Translations under genes and position numbers: made by a program
Shown: positions 20,731-31,171 of the stretch, piece by piece
Position numbering within the stretch: the first letter of the stretch is position 1
How the letters are laid out: the number at the start of each line of letters is the position of its first letter
Source: an uncultured Planctomycetaceae bacterium
Lineage (GTDB): Bacteria > Planctomycetota > Planctomycetia > Pirellulales > PALSA-1355
Assembly (NCBI GenBank): GCA_963785305.1
Contig: CAWAUV010000004.1
Coordinates: 32,001 to 96,000, forward strand
DNA length: 64,000 nt
Reading direction: 5' to 3'
Notes under the pieces: model-generated
Database searches by the model: none
Told to the model about the DNA's origin: nothing
Seen by the model: the letters and a program-made list of their open reading frames with translations, nothing else

Positions 20731-22100
20731 TCATGGGTGCGCGAGAAATCGTGACGCCGCGATCAGCGGCGCCAATTCGCCGGCGGCTTGCTCCGCCTCT
20801 CGCGGACGACCGCCCGGCGTGACAAGGCGTTGATAGAGCGCGAGCGTGCGATCGGCCATCGCCGCGGCATGATAGCGATCGCGCACCGCGTCGTGTCCGC
20901 GGCGGCCCAGGGTTCGCCCGAGTTCGGGATCGACGAGCAGCTTCAGAATCGCCGCGGCGAGCCCCGCGGGGTCTTCGGGCGGGCATAAAAGTCCGCCGCC
21001 GGTGTCGCGAATCATTTCCGTAAAAGCGCCATGTTCGGGCGCCACCACCGGAACCCCATTGGCCCAGGCCTCGAGCACGCTCAGCCCCTTGCTCTCGCGA
21101 TACACGGTCGGCACGCTAAACACATCGAGGCTCCGCAAAAATGCGATCTTGTCGGCGCGACTCACTTCGCCCACATAATCGAATCGATCGGCCAGCGAGC
21201 TGTCGGCGATCTCGCGTTGCAAGCGGTCGAAATACTTCCGATCGCCGGCGCCCAAGTACCCCGCCACTCGCAGCCGCACCGGCGGCGCGTCGGGATTTGC
21301 GCGAGCAGTCGCCAAGCCGCCACCAGCACATGTAGCCCTTTTTCGGGACAAATGCGGGCCAAATAGCCGAGCGTCCGCTCGCGCGTGTCGCGCGGAGCCG
21401 CGGGCAAGCCGTGGCCATCGAGCTTCAATCCGTGCGGAATCACTTCCACGCGATGCCGCGGGGTGGCGAGATAGTCGGCCATGAAATCCGCGTAGTAGTG
21501 ATTCAGCGCCACCAGTGAATCGAGCTCGCCGGCTCGCTCGCGCAAGAGCGCTCGCGCTTGCGAGTAATAAGGCTCGGGCAGTTGCTCCAAAAACAGGTCC
21601 TCGCCCGAGAGCGTGGCCACCACGGGGCAGCCGAGCTTGCGAATCTCGCCGGCCATGCCCGCGAGCATGGTGTTCGAGAGATGCACCACATCGGGCCGGG
21701 CTTCCTCGGCGAGCCAAGCGACGAGTTTCGCGATTTCACCTCGCTGGCGGCCATGCTCTCCGCGAAGCATCGACACGGTGAGCGGCCCCAGCTTGGCGCG
21801 TTCGACGCTCGAGGAGAAACGCATGGCGAAGCGAATCAGCCGCGGATGGTCGAGCAGGTTGGCCAGCGGGCGGGGAACGAATCGGGCCAGCGGCGCGGCC
21901 TGTTGCAGATAGACATTCACCCCGCCGAGAAACACGCGCGACATGCTCACGCTGTCTTCATCGGTGCGGAGCGGAGTGTAGGTGGGCGCGAGCAACGCGT
22001 CGTGGCCGGCCTGCTGGAGCGAGGCGACGAGCGTGTTGTCATGCAGACAACTTCCGCAGATCATATCGGCGGCGCCGGCGGCCAGGTAGACGATCTTCAT
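20731..22100 (-). CDS. GT4-family glycosyltransferase with N-terminal CxxC (frameshift near 21290)
   Basis: AGAADMICGSCLHDN; YLARICPEKG; ESKGLSVLEAWANGVPVV (ExxGxxxLE motif). Confidence 0.9.
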
Positions 22101-22216
22101 ACTCTTGCCAGCGATGTCCCGAGAATTGCTCGATCCGCCTTTTACCGTCGGGCGCCGACGTCGAGTCGTTCATGCGACACGCCGTGTTGTTCGACCGCGC
22201 CGCCCGGAGCCGCGCC

Positions 22217-22765
22217 TCAGCCCTCGACCGGCGCCACGATCTCGAGGAGCTGAATCGCCGGCTCGTGGTTGCAGTCGATGATCGCCGTGCGGCCATAGGT
22301 GATGCCCTCGGGCGAGGCGTTAAAGAGTCCGGCCAAGTCATCGCCCATCGCCACTCGCCAGAGATGCGTCAAATGCACTTCGCGGAGCACCTCGTTTTCG
22401 ATCAGAATTCGCCCCAGCGGCGTGCGCTGATCCTCGACCGCCATCCGCACCGCGGGACTCAGCACTCGCAAGTCGATTCGCACGATCCCAAACTGCACCA
22501 CCGCGCCGTCGGACCGTCGCGTGAGCACGATTTTGCGCGAATAGTGATAGTCCTTGGCCGAGGTCGACAGCACGCGCACATCGACCGGCGAGCCATGAAA
22601 ATGCTCGACCGTGACGGTCATGTGGTTTTGGTGCGCGAGCAGCGTTTGATAGACCAACGGCATTTCGGTCGGGCCGACGCCACGAAACCGGCCCAGCCGC
22701 GCATGGTCGGCATAGAACAGATCGACCAGCGGCTCGAGATCGGCGCTCAAATGGTCCTGGTTCAC
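22217..22765 (-). CDS. Chorismate-lyase/UTRA-fold-like hypothetical protein
   Basis: LLAHQNHMTVTVE..VDVRVL..YSRKIVL..PLGRIL..YGRTAII..LLEI pattern resembles UbiC/DUF98-type proteins. Confidence 0.6.
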   Translation of the reverse strand: MNQDHLSADLEPLVDLFYADHARLGRFRGVGPTEMPLVYQTLLAHQNHMTVTVEHFHGSPVDVRVLSTSAKDYHYSRKIVLTRRSDGAVVQFGIVRIDLRVLSPAVRMAVEDQRTPLGRILIENEVLREVHLTHLWRVAMGDDLAGLFNASPEGITYGRTAIIDCNHEPAIQLLEIVAPVEG

Positions 22766-22790
22766 GGCTGCCTCGATGAATGAAACGCGA

Positions 22791-24726
22791 CTAAGACGGC
22801 GCCACGATGGGAAGCGCTCCCGGATGGCGCGATGGCGACACGATGGGCGCGGCGGATCGGTCCGCGGGCGCATCGAGCACCGTATCCACGAAATAATACA
22901 AGAGGGCGCGCAAATCGTCGCCTTCGATCGCGTCGGCAACCGACTCGGCCCGCGCTCGATATTTGTCGACCAATCGCTCGGCCTTTTCGAATACCGCGGC
23001 TTTTTCATAAAGTCGCCGCACGCCCTGCAAGCGACCGGCCGCGTCGCTCGACGCCGCGGCGGCGTCCAAGGGACGCGGGTTCTTCGTGGACACTTCGTCG
23101 GCTTCGGCGGCGGAATTCGCTTCAGGCGCCACGAGCCGATACAGCTCGTCGCGATCCGGGCCTTCGAGCGCTTCTCCGGCCAGGGCCAAGAGCACCGTCG
23201 GCCGGCCCGAAAGCACATCGGCGCCGGCGGTGAGCTTGTTGTGCGCGTCGCCTCGCCAGTCGGCCAGGTCGTTCAAGATCTGGAAGGCGACGCCCAAGTG
23301 CCGGGCAAACTGCGCGAGTGGCTCGGTCAAAGACGAGGCGTCGCCGGCCAATCGGGCGCCGACATACAGCGCGGCCTCGAACGCCGGCGCGGTCTTGAGC
23401 GCATAAATCTTGAGCGCGTCGAGCGGCGAGAGACGCTTGTCCGCGGCGTCGCGCCATAGGAGCTCGGCGCCTTGGCCCTCGGCGAGCTTCATGTGGGCGT
23501 CGGCCAGACAATTCAGAATGTCGGCGGCCACGGCCGGGCCGAGTGGCTCGGTTTCACGGCTCACCATTCGGTAGCCGAGTCCGATCATGTAGTCGCCCAC
23601 ATTGATCGCCGTCGAGACGCCATAGCGGCGATGCACGGTCGCGTTTCCATAGCGAAAGGCGTCGTCGTCTTCGATATCGTCGTGAACGAGCGATGCTTTG
23701 TGAAAGATTTCGATCGCGAGGGCAGCCCGCTTGATGGGCAGCGGCAGCGCGGCGAGATGCTCGGCCCCGCCGGCCAACATGCCGGCGCCGCCGGTAAGCG
23801 CGTCGTGCACCGAGAGCGTGATGAATGGCCGCGAGTATTTGCCACCCTGGGCGAGAAAGTCGTAGGCGATGGCTTCGGTGGCGGCCAGCGGGTCGAGTGA
23901 GCGGGCATCGAGCGAGCCACCGGCGGTCGAACGCACGCGCGGCAGTAGCGTTTCAAGTTGCTCGCGCTCGAACATCGCGGCCGCGGCGCGCATCAAATGC
24001 ACATAGGTGCGAGTCGGTGCGCTCGTCTGTCGGTGTTCCAAATGGATCATTTCCTTGACCCAGGCGTCGTCGACCGAGGTGTTGCGGCAATCGCTCGACA
24101 GGAGCGGCACCGCCATGCAAGGAATGCCGGCCAGGAGAATCTTGTCGATCGCCTTTTCGAGCACATTCAGGCAAGCGACGCCGACAATCGCGTCGACATA
24201 GCCGCCCACGATGATCTTGAGCACCAGGGGCGAGCCTTCGGCCACGAGCACTTTGTAGCCGAGACTTTCAGCCTGCGCCGCGATAGTCGGCAATGCTGCA
24301 GGCGCCGCAGCGCTTGCAGTCGAGGCCATATTCGTCGTAATCGGCCGGGCAGCCTTCGGCATGTTTCAAACAATGCGGCAAGAGAAACAGCCGCCGCGAG
24401 GGCGGAACCGCCGCCACTTGGTCGCGCCAAAATTCGGTCGCCAACGCGACCATCGTCCAGCCCAAAAAGCCTTCGGCAAGTCCTTGGCTCGCCAATAGGT
24501 CGCGGGCGATGCGTTCGAGTTCGTCTTTGCCGGCGGGCCGACTTTTGTCGAGCTGGGCGACGCGCTCGGCGGCCGCGGACTTGAGCTGCTCGCGCAGTGC
24601 AAGCGGCTCGGGAACCAATTTTAAATGGCTCGTGCCGCGCCGACGTGGTTTTGCGGCCGGCGCCGACGAAGACAAGTTCGAATCGCCGCCCGGCGACGAC
24701 GAGGAATCAGACAGGGCAATCGCCAA
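22791..24726 (-). CDS. DUF116-polyprenyl synthase fusion (frameshift near 24280)
   Basis: Cys-rich LPHCL..C..CKRCGAC..GVAC..C N-domain; GGKYSRP, FARM HDDIEDD, GQ, KT, second motif FQILNDLAD. Confidence 0.85.
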
Positions 24727-26774
24727 GGGTGCGCTCGCTTATGGTGTTCGGGACAGACGATGTCGCCACGCCGGCTTTCGGGTCGTCGGATGCTTGTGGC
24801 GGTTTGGGTGGGGCAGCCGCTATCGACGCCAAGTTCAGCTCTTGCGAGGCGGCGCCTTCCGGGGTTCGAGGCGCAAGCGATCGCGTGGCCCGTCCTAGCG
24901 CGGCGACGGTCATAATCAGCGGATAGAGCCTCTCATAATACCATAACTTCGCGAAGTAGAAACCAATTGGCGACGTTTCGCGATGCCGGCCGGCTTCAAC
25001 CGCTTCGACCAAAAACTCAATTCCACGTTCGGCAGCGGCCCGATGCTCGCCGCGGCGAGGGACACATTCCCCCTCGGAAGAGAGGATCGCTTCCACCGCG
25101 AGCGCGGTTTCTTCGATACTCGACCCGAGCGAGGGAGCGCGGGAAGTGTTTTCGGAGACTCTTATTGCGGAATCGATCCGGCTGGCGTCCGAGGGCAGTC
25201 CTGCGCGGTTCGCCGCCCCAGCCGCCATCGGCGTTTTGCGCTCAGCAGCCAATTCATTCCCCGGGCAAACGGAGCGGCCGAGAGCCGATCCAGGGCGGCA
25301 TAGGCCAGCAGCACCCGGGCCGTGCCATAGACCGGGTTTGATTCGTCGGCTTCATGCTGATTGCCAAACCAGAGCGGCGCCCAACTGCCGTCGGGCCGTT
25401 GGGCCTGTTCCAAATAGAGAAATCCGGCCTCGATGGCCGAGGCCCATCGCTCCGCGCCCGCGAGGTCTTGCCAAGCGCCGAGTGCCCGCAGGGCGTGAGC
25501 CGTGAGATCGGGGCCACTGCGGTCGAAGGGTAAACTTCCCCACCCGCGACAAAAGGTCGGCCAGCCGCCGTCGCGATTTTGCAAATCGAGCAGCCACTCG
25601 ACGCCACGCGCCGCCGCTTGCCGAAGCCGGCCAACCGCCGGCGGAGCGGGCCACGATTCACCGACGATGGCGCCGGGGCGCTGCTCGCCGGGTCGCGAGG
25701 CGTCGCAATGCCAATGGCTCAGGGCCAAGAGGGCGCCCGCGGTGTCATCGGCGTCGGGCACTCCGCCGGGCAGGTCGGTCCAGGCCCAGCGCCGGCCGCG
25801 GCGCCGGTGTAGACATGTTCGAATTGGCCCTGGCAATCGAGCAGCCATTCGAGGCAATCGAGCCGGCTCACCGCTTCGCCGCCCGCGGCCAGGGCATTGA
25901 TCGCCAACGTGGTGTTCCAAGTGGCGAGATCGATATCGATCGGCCAACTGCCATCGTCGTGCGCCGCGTCGAACAGAAACCGCAGCCCCTTGATCGCCAC
26001 CGGATGTTCGCCGCGGCCCATGCCGGCCAGGCTCATGACCACGAAGCTCGTGAGTGGAATCGCTTCGAGATATCCCCCGCTGGCCGGCTGCTTGGCCGCG
26101 AGCACCGCCAAGGTTCGATCAATCACGCACGAGCGAGCCAGCCGCGTGATGGGGTTGAGCGGTTTGCGAAAATGATGCTTCACTTGCCCAATCGCCACGA
26201 GCGCCGGCACGGCATAGCTCACCACCGGCATGCGGGCCGCGGCCCAAAAACGCCGCGGCAGCGCCGCGAGCTCAAATGGCAAGCTAGGCACGTCTCGCCA
26301 AGCAACCAGACCGGCCAGGGCCATGTTGGCCAAGATCGGAGCGGCGAATGTCTTGTCGCGGCCATAGCGCCGGCGCAGGCCGTCGACGCCGCCCGCGCGC
26401 GTAATATAAATTTCGGCCGCCGCAATCGCCCCGGCAAATTCGGGCGGCTCGCCCACCAGCCGCAGAGCTGCTCGGGCGAGCATGGTGGTGGCGATATTCG
26501 AGAGACTCTTGTCGGTGTCGCCCCAGCCGCCATCGGAGTTCTGTAGCCGCGCGAGCCATGCGACGCCGCGCGCGATCAGCCGCTCGAATTCCGGTCGCCG
26601 CTCCTCGCCGCCGCGTATCGTTCGCGACATTAGCGTCAGAGCGCTGATCGCCGTGGCGGTCGAAAGCGGACTGCTCGCCAGTTCGCCGGTCCAATGGCCC
26701 TGGGCGTTGCGCTCGGCGAGCAAATCTCGCCGGGCCATGTCGTATGCCGCCAGGAGCCGATCCGCCTCGAACAT
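24707..26774 (-). CDS. Squalene-hopene-cyclase-like class II terpene cyclase (frameshifts near 25795 and 25250-25150)
   Basis: QW repeats (QNSDGGW, QNRDGGW, QRPDGSW); catalytic [15 protein letters not shown]-term. Confidence 0.88.
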
Positions 26775-26953
26775 TAATGCCTCGAACAAATGTCGGCAAA
26801 AAACCGCGACGCCGGCTCGATGGCGCACGATGCCCGGAGGGAATCGCCGCACAAGCCGCCATTGAGTCTAAATAGGCAAGCAGGGCGTGTCGAGCAGGCT
26901 TGGGGGGTGGGCACACGACGGCCGCATCGCGTTTCGGTGTTCCAGCCTCCGGG

Positions 26954-28261
26954 TCAGAGGCGGATAAAAATCCGTTGTCGATACAGCCAGTAACATACCA
27001 GCCACATTGCCAGGAGCACCGCGGAACTCTCGACCAGCGGGGCATGGGCGACGCCAAACACGGAGCCGTCGGCGCAAAATCGAGGCAAAATCGTCGGTCC
27101 GAAATGGGTCTTAAGCGTGTGCAAAATCCAGTCGGGCGAAAGCTCGGCCATGACGTACATGACAATCGAATTCATGCCCACCACCACCAGCGGCAGCGTC
27201 CACCGGCGCCAGCCGCGAAGGTCGATCACGAAATAAAACATGGCCAACAGGATGCTTGTCGTGCCGGCGGCGAAGATCGTCCAGCTCGGGGTCCAGATGC
27301 GTTTGACGAGGGGACATGCGCCGGTCGCCGCCCAAAGCAATCCGGCGGCGACGCCAACGAGCCCCCAAGCGACCAGCCGTCGGAATTTCGCGTTGCCCGT
27401 CAGGGGCCCTCGAAGCAGCCCGCCGGCCAAGAGGCCGAAGATCATGGTGGCGAGCGATGGAAGAAAGTTGAGCGTCAGATAGCCGCCGCGGTTGAAGACA
27501 AATGGCCGCGAACGGGGAAACAAGTTCAGGAACCAAGTATCGAACGCGGCGCCGAAATTCGAGTTCTTATCCCAGTGGGCGCCGAATCCCAGTGGATGAT
27601 AGGGCCAGTCGGCCGGCACGCCCACGGCCGGAAAATCGAAGGCCGGCCCCGGCGCCGGATACACGGCGAACAGCAGCCAGTCGACCGCCAGAATCGCCGC
27701 CGCCGCAATCCACCGCGCTCGCGCCGACCGCTGGCTCAGCAAGTACACGAAGAAATAGCCGAGCCCAATCTGCGTGAGCACGTCTTCGAAGGTGAAGTTG
27801 GTCTCGGTCGTATTGCGCGAACGGAGAAAGATTCCCAGCAACACCAGTTCCAATGCGCGCGCCGCCGCATGGCGCGCGAGCGCGGCGGTCGATTGGCCGC
27901 GGGCGCGGCGGCTGGCCTGTGAATACGCGGCCGCCACGCCGACCATGAACATGAACGAAGGCTGAATCAGGTCCCAGAGCGAGCAGCCTTGCCACGGCAC
28001 ATGTTCGACTTGGAACTTCACCGCTTGCCAAACAAGGTTTTCCGGAAAACTTTCGGCGACGCGGGCAAGCCCGAGCCCGCCCGAGGCCATGAGCAACATC
28101 GCCAAGCCGCGATAGGCGTCGAGCGACACAAGCCGGTCACTCCGCGAGCCGTGCACATTCATCGCCGCGGCCGCATTGCCGGATCGCGTTTCTTGCTCGC
28201 TCGGCGGGCTCGTGTCCGAGCGCGGCGGCGGGTCGTGAGAGTTTCCAGCGTCGCGCATCAT
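26954..28261 (-). CDS. HGSNAT-like / DUF5009 membrane acyltransferase (start may be 28162)
   Basis: RLVSLDAYRG, HVPWQGCSLWDLIQPSFMFMVG, PLVKRIWTPSW, GMNSI. Confidence 0.88.
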   Translation of the reverse strand: MMRDAGNSHDPPPRSDTSPPSEQETRSGNAAAAMNVHGSRSDRLVSLDAYRGLAMLLMASGGLGLARVAESFPENLVWQAVKFQVEHVPWQGCSLWDLIQPSFMFMVGVAAAYSQASRRARGQSTAALARHAAARALELVLLGIFLRSRNTTETNFTFEDVLTQIGLGYFFVYLLSQRSARARWIAAAAILAVDWLLFAVYPAPGPAFDFPAVGVPADWPYHPLGFGAHWDKNSNFGAAFDTWFLNLFPRSRPFVFNRGGYLTLNFLPSLATMIFGLLAGGLLRGPLTGNAKFRRLVAWGLVGVAAGLLWAATGACPLVKRIWTPSWTIFAAGTTSILLAMFYFVIDLRGWRRWTLPLVVVGMNSIVMYVMAELSPDWILHTLKTHFGPTILPRFCADGSVFGVAHAPLVESSAVLLAMWLVCYWLYRQRIFIRL

Positions 28262-28715
28262 GGATGGATTCCGATTCGAGCGTTGCCTTCAAGGGGGACG
28301 GCCATCGCCGGCAGGACTATTACCGCGATTGGATTCGCGCGATCGTGATATTGGCCGGATTGGGGCCGGTCTTGCAAAAATCTAATAACTTGGCCGGATG
28401 AATTTAAGAGATATGAAAAAAATTTTCGACGCCCACGAGCCAAGGCGTGGCTTGGCAATTCGTGCTTGTGCGCAATGCGTTGCGAATCATAACACATTCA
28501 GAATAAATGACTTACATTTCTAATGCCCGAGATCGCCCGTCGCGGAAATTCCAGGGTTTTGCTAGCAAGCCAGCGACGCGGTCCGCGGCTAACATTACAT
28601 TTTTGCGGGTATCCGCAACGGGTGATTGTATTTCGCTTGATGACTCGCTACGATTACGCGAACTGGCGTCCCTACTCGGGGTCGCTGAAGCGGATGGCAA
28701 CAGGAGGTTTGCTAC

Positions 28716-28943
28716 ATGTCATCAACGTACTTCGTTCAAGAATGTCCGACATGCGGCCGCGGTCTCCATGTGCGAGTCGAGTACCTGGGGCGACGGGTCG
28801 TTTGCCAACACTGCCACGCCGGATTCGAGGCGCTCGACCCGGCCACCGGCGCCACCCCCAGCAATGAATCGGGCCTGGGCCTATTGCGCCGCGCCGAAGA
28901 GCTGATCGAATCGTTCAACGCCCAAACTCGCGCGCAAAGCTAA
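28716..28943 (+). CDS. Small Zn-ribbon protein
   Basis: AGGAGG RBS; CPTCGR...VEYLGRRVVCQHC (two CxxC). Confidence 0.8.
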   Translation: MSSTYFVQECPTCGRGLHVRVEYLGRRVVCQHCHAGFEALDPATGATPSNESGLGLLRRAEELIESFNAQTRAQS

Positions 28944-28994
28944 GAGCTGATCGAATCGCGTGAGTTGAGCTCGGCACACGATTGGCGAACACAC

Positions 28995-30284
28995 TCATCG
29001 GCGCCTGCTCATCAGCGCCGCCAAATCCTCGAAAAATCGCGGATATGTTTTCGCGGTGCAGCCGGGATTGTTGATCCTCACGCCCGGCTGCTTGAGGCCC
29101 ACCAGCGACAAGCTCATCGCCATGCGGTGATCTTCGTACGTATCGATCGCGGCGGCTCGTGGCGATCCCGGCGTGATTCGCAGGCCATCTTCGAATTCCT
29201 CGACCGTCGCGCCCAGCTTGCGCAGCTCCGTGGCCAAGGCCCCGATGCGGTCGGTTTCCTTGTGGCGAATGTGTCCCACCCCATGCACGGTCGTCGGCCC
29301 CTGGGCGAATAGCGCCACGGCGGCCAGGGTTTGCACGGTGTCGGAAATCGCGTTCATATTCACCGTCACGCCGCGCAGCGCTCCGCCCGAGACGCGCATT
29401 CCGTTCGGGGTCGCTTCCACGACGCAGCCCATCTGCTCCAGGCAATCGCAGAAGGCGACATCGCCCTGCAAGCTCGACCGCGTGAGGCCCTCGACCAGCA
29501 CGCTGCCGCCCACAATCGCGGCGGCGGCCCAAAAGTAACTCGCCGCCGAGGCATCGGGCTCGATCGCGAAGTCTTGCCCTTGATAGCGCGCCGGTTCAAT
29601 GGCAAAGCGTTCAAGATTCGGCGCCGCTTCGGCCGCCACGCCAAAGGCGCGCATCACGGCCAGCGTCATATGAACATAGGGCCGCGACACGAGCTCGCCC
29701 TCGATCTCGATCTCGAGCCGCTCGCGCGCATAGGGCGCTGCAAGCAGCAGACCGCTGAGAAACTGGCTCGACACATCGCCCCGCACGCGGGCCACGCCGC
29801 CGGCAAGACCCGCGGTTTCGATCACCACCGGCGGACAACCGCTGCCGGCCTCGCTCCGCGCATGCACACCCAGCGAGCCGAGCGCCGCGAGCAGGTCGCG
29901 AATCGGCCGCTCGCGCATGCGCGGCGTGCCGTCGAGCCGGTAGCGGCCTTGGCCGAGCGCGACGAGCGCCGTGAGAAATCGCACCGTGGTGCCGCTGTTG
30001 GCGACATACAATTCGGCCTCGCGAGCCGGAATATGCCCGGCCGAGCCCGTCACTTCCAGCCGAGCGGCCGGCCAGTCCGCCGCGATGGCGATGCCCAGAC
30101 GCTCGAGCGCCGCGACCATGACTCGGGTGTCCTCGCTGTCGAGCGCGCCGCTTAAGATAGACCGGCCCTGGGCCAAAGCGGCGCATGCGAGCGCGCGGTT
30201 CGTGATGCTCTTGGAGCCCGGCGGGCGAACGCGGGCATCGAGCGGGCCGGCGATGGGGTCGATCGTCAGCGAATTTTGGGTCAT
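28995..30284 (-). CDS. aroA: 3-phosphoshikimate 1-carboxyvinyltransferase (EPSP synthase)
   Basis: PGSKSITNR, NSGTTVRF, SSQFLSG, RHKETDR, DHRMAM, KTYP. Confidence 0.97.
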   Translation of the reverse strand: MTQNSLTIDPIAGPLDARVRPPGSKSITNRALACAALAQGRSILSGALDSEDTRVMVAALERLGIAIAADWPAARLEVTGSAGHIPAREAELYVANSGTTVRFLTALVALGQGRYRLDGTPRMRERPIRDLLAALGSLGVHARSEAGSGCPPVVIETAGLAGGVARVRGDVSSQFLSGLLLAAPYARERLEIEIEGELVSRPYVHMTLAVMRAFGVAAEAAPNLERFAIEPARYQGQDFAIEPDASAASYFWAAAAIVGGSVLVEGLTRSSLQGDVAFCDCLEQMGCVVEATPNGMRVSGGALRGVTVNMNAISDTVQTLAAVALFAQGPTTVHGVGHIRHKETDRIGALATELRKLGATVEEFEDGLRITPGSPRAAAIDTYEDHRMAMSLSLVGLKQPGVRINNPGCTAKTYPRFFEDLAALMSRRR

Positions 30285-30498
30285 GAGAATGATGCCGGGA
30301 TCGTTGGGTCCCGGATGGGCCGTGTAGCGCGAATACCATCGACCGTGGCCAGCGCTCGATGGATTGCAAAGCTCGTCCGCCGTGGCCGAATTGTACCGCC
30401 GGCCTCCGCCAGACGAAAGCCGCGCCCGGGGGAGAATCACCGCCGATCGCGGCCGCGTCGCTAGAAAGTGCTGAAGCGCTGATCGACGAACGCTTCCG

Positions 30499-31128
30499 CT
30501 ACCAAGGGATCTCCATCAACGAAACCACTTGCACCGCGATTTTTTGCACCAAGCTCTCCATGGTGGTCACGGTCGACTGGCCGTATTCCGGAATGTATTC
30601 CGTGCTGGCGGTCAGAGACACGGCGTCGGGCGGAAGCGGAATCTTGCCGCCGGTGGTGGCGCCCACATAGTCGCCCTTGCGGTCGAGCCAGGCGACTTGC
30701 ACCGTCATCGAGACATTGTTCTCGCGCGGCTGGTCGTTTTGATCTTCCACCACCACGCGTTTCGTGTCGACGAGAATCTTGCCGATCAGCACGCTATCGG
30801 CGTCGGCCGAGCTCACGACTTTGTACGGCGTCTTCAGCTCGATTTCCTTGACGACCGCTTCGGTAAGCTGCTCACCGAGTCCGCGGCGAAAACTGTCGGA
30901 CTCGAACACCGGCACATAGACCGTATGCACATCGGGCGGATACAGGGCCGCATTGCCGAAGCGATAGCGGGCGCAGCCACCCAGGGCGCAGATCGCCACC
31001 AAGCCCCAGACGCACGCCGCCAGCCAGCGCCGCCGTTGCCCCGGGCGCCGAGCTCGCGCGCCGCGATCGCGCGCGAAGGGCGAGCGCGGAAAGGGCGCCG
31101 GCGAGTTCAAGCGATGTGCGAGGAGCAT
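30499..31128 (-). CDS. lptE: LPS assembly lipoprotein LptE-like
   Basis: ALGGC lipobox; VYVPVFESDSFRRGLGEQLTEAVVKEIE; downstream of BamD-like gene. Confidence 0.75.
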   Translation of the reverse strand: MLLAHRLNSPAPFPRSPFARDRGARARRPGQRRRWLAACVWGLVAICALGGCARYRFGNAALYPPDVHTVYVPVFESDSFRRGLGEQLTEAVVKEIELKTPYKVVSSADADSVLIGKILVDTKRVVVEDQNDQPRENNVSMTVQVAWLDRKGDYVGATTGGKIPLPPDAVSLTASTEYIPEYGQSTVTTMESLVQKIAVQVVSLMEIPW

Positions 31129-31171
31129 GGCGATCGGTTTCCTGCGCGGAATTCCCGGTGGCGTCGGGAGG

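Noticed and set aside
24707..26774. Calling the cyclase shc/hpnF of a standard hopanoid pathway
   Set aside because: Motifs diverge from canonical SHC and no hpn genes are adjacent; symbol withheld
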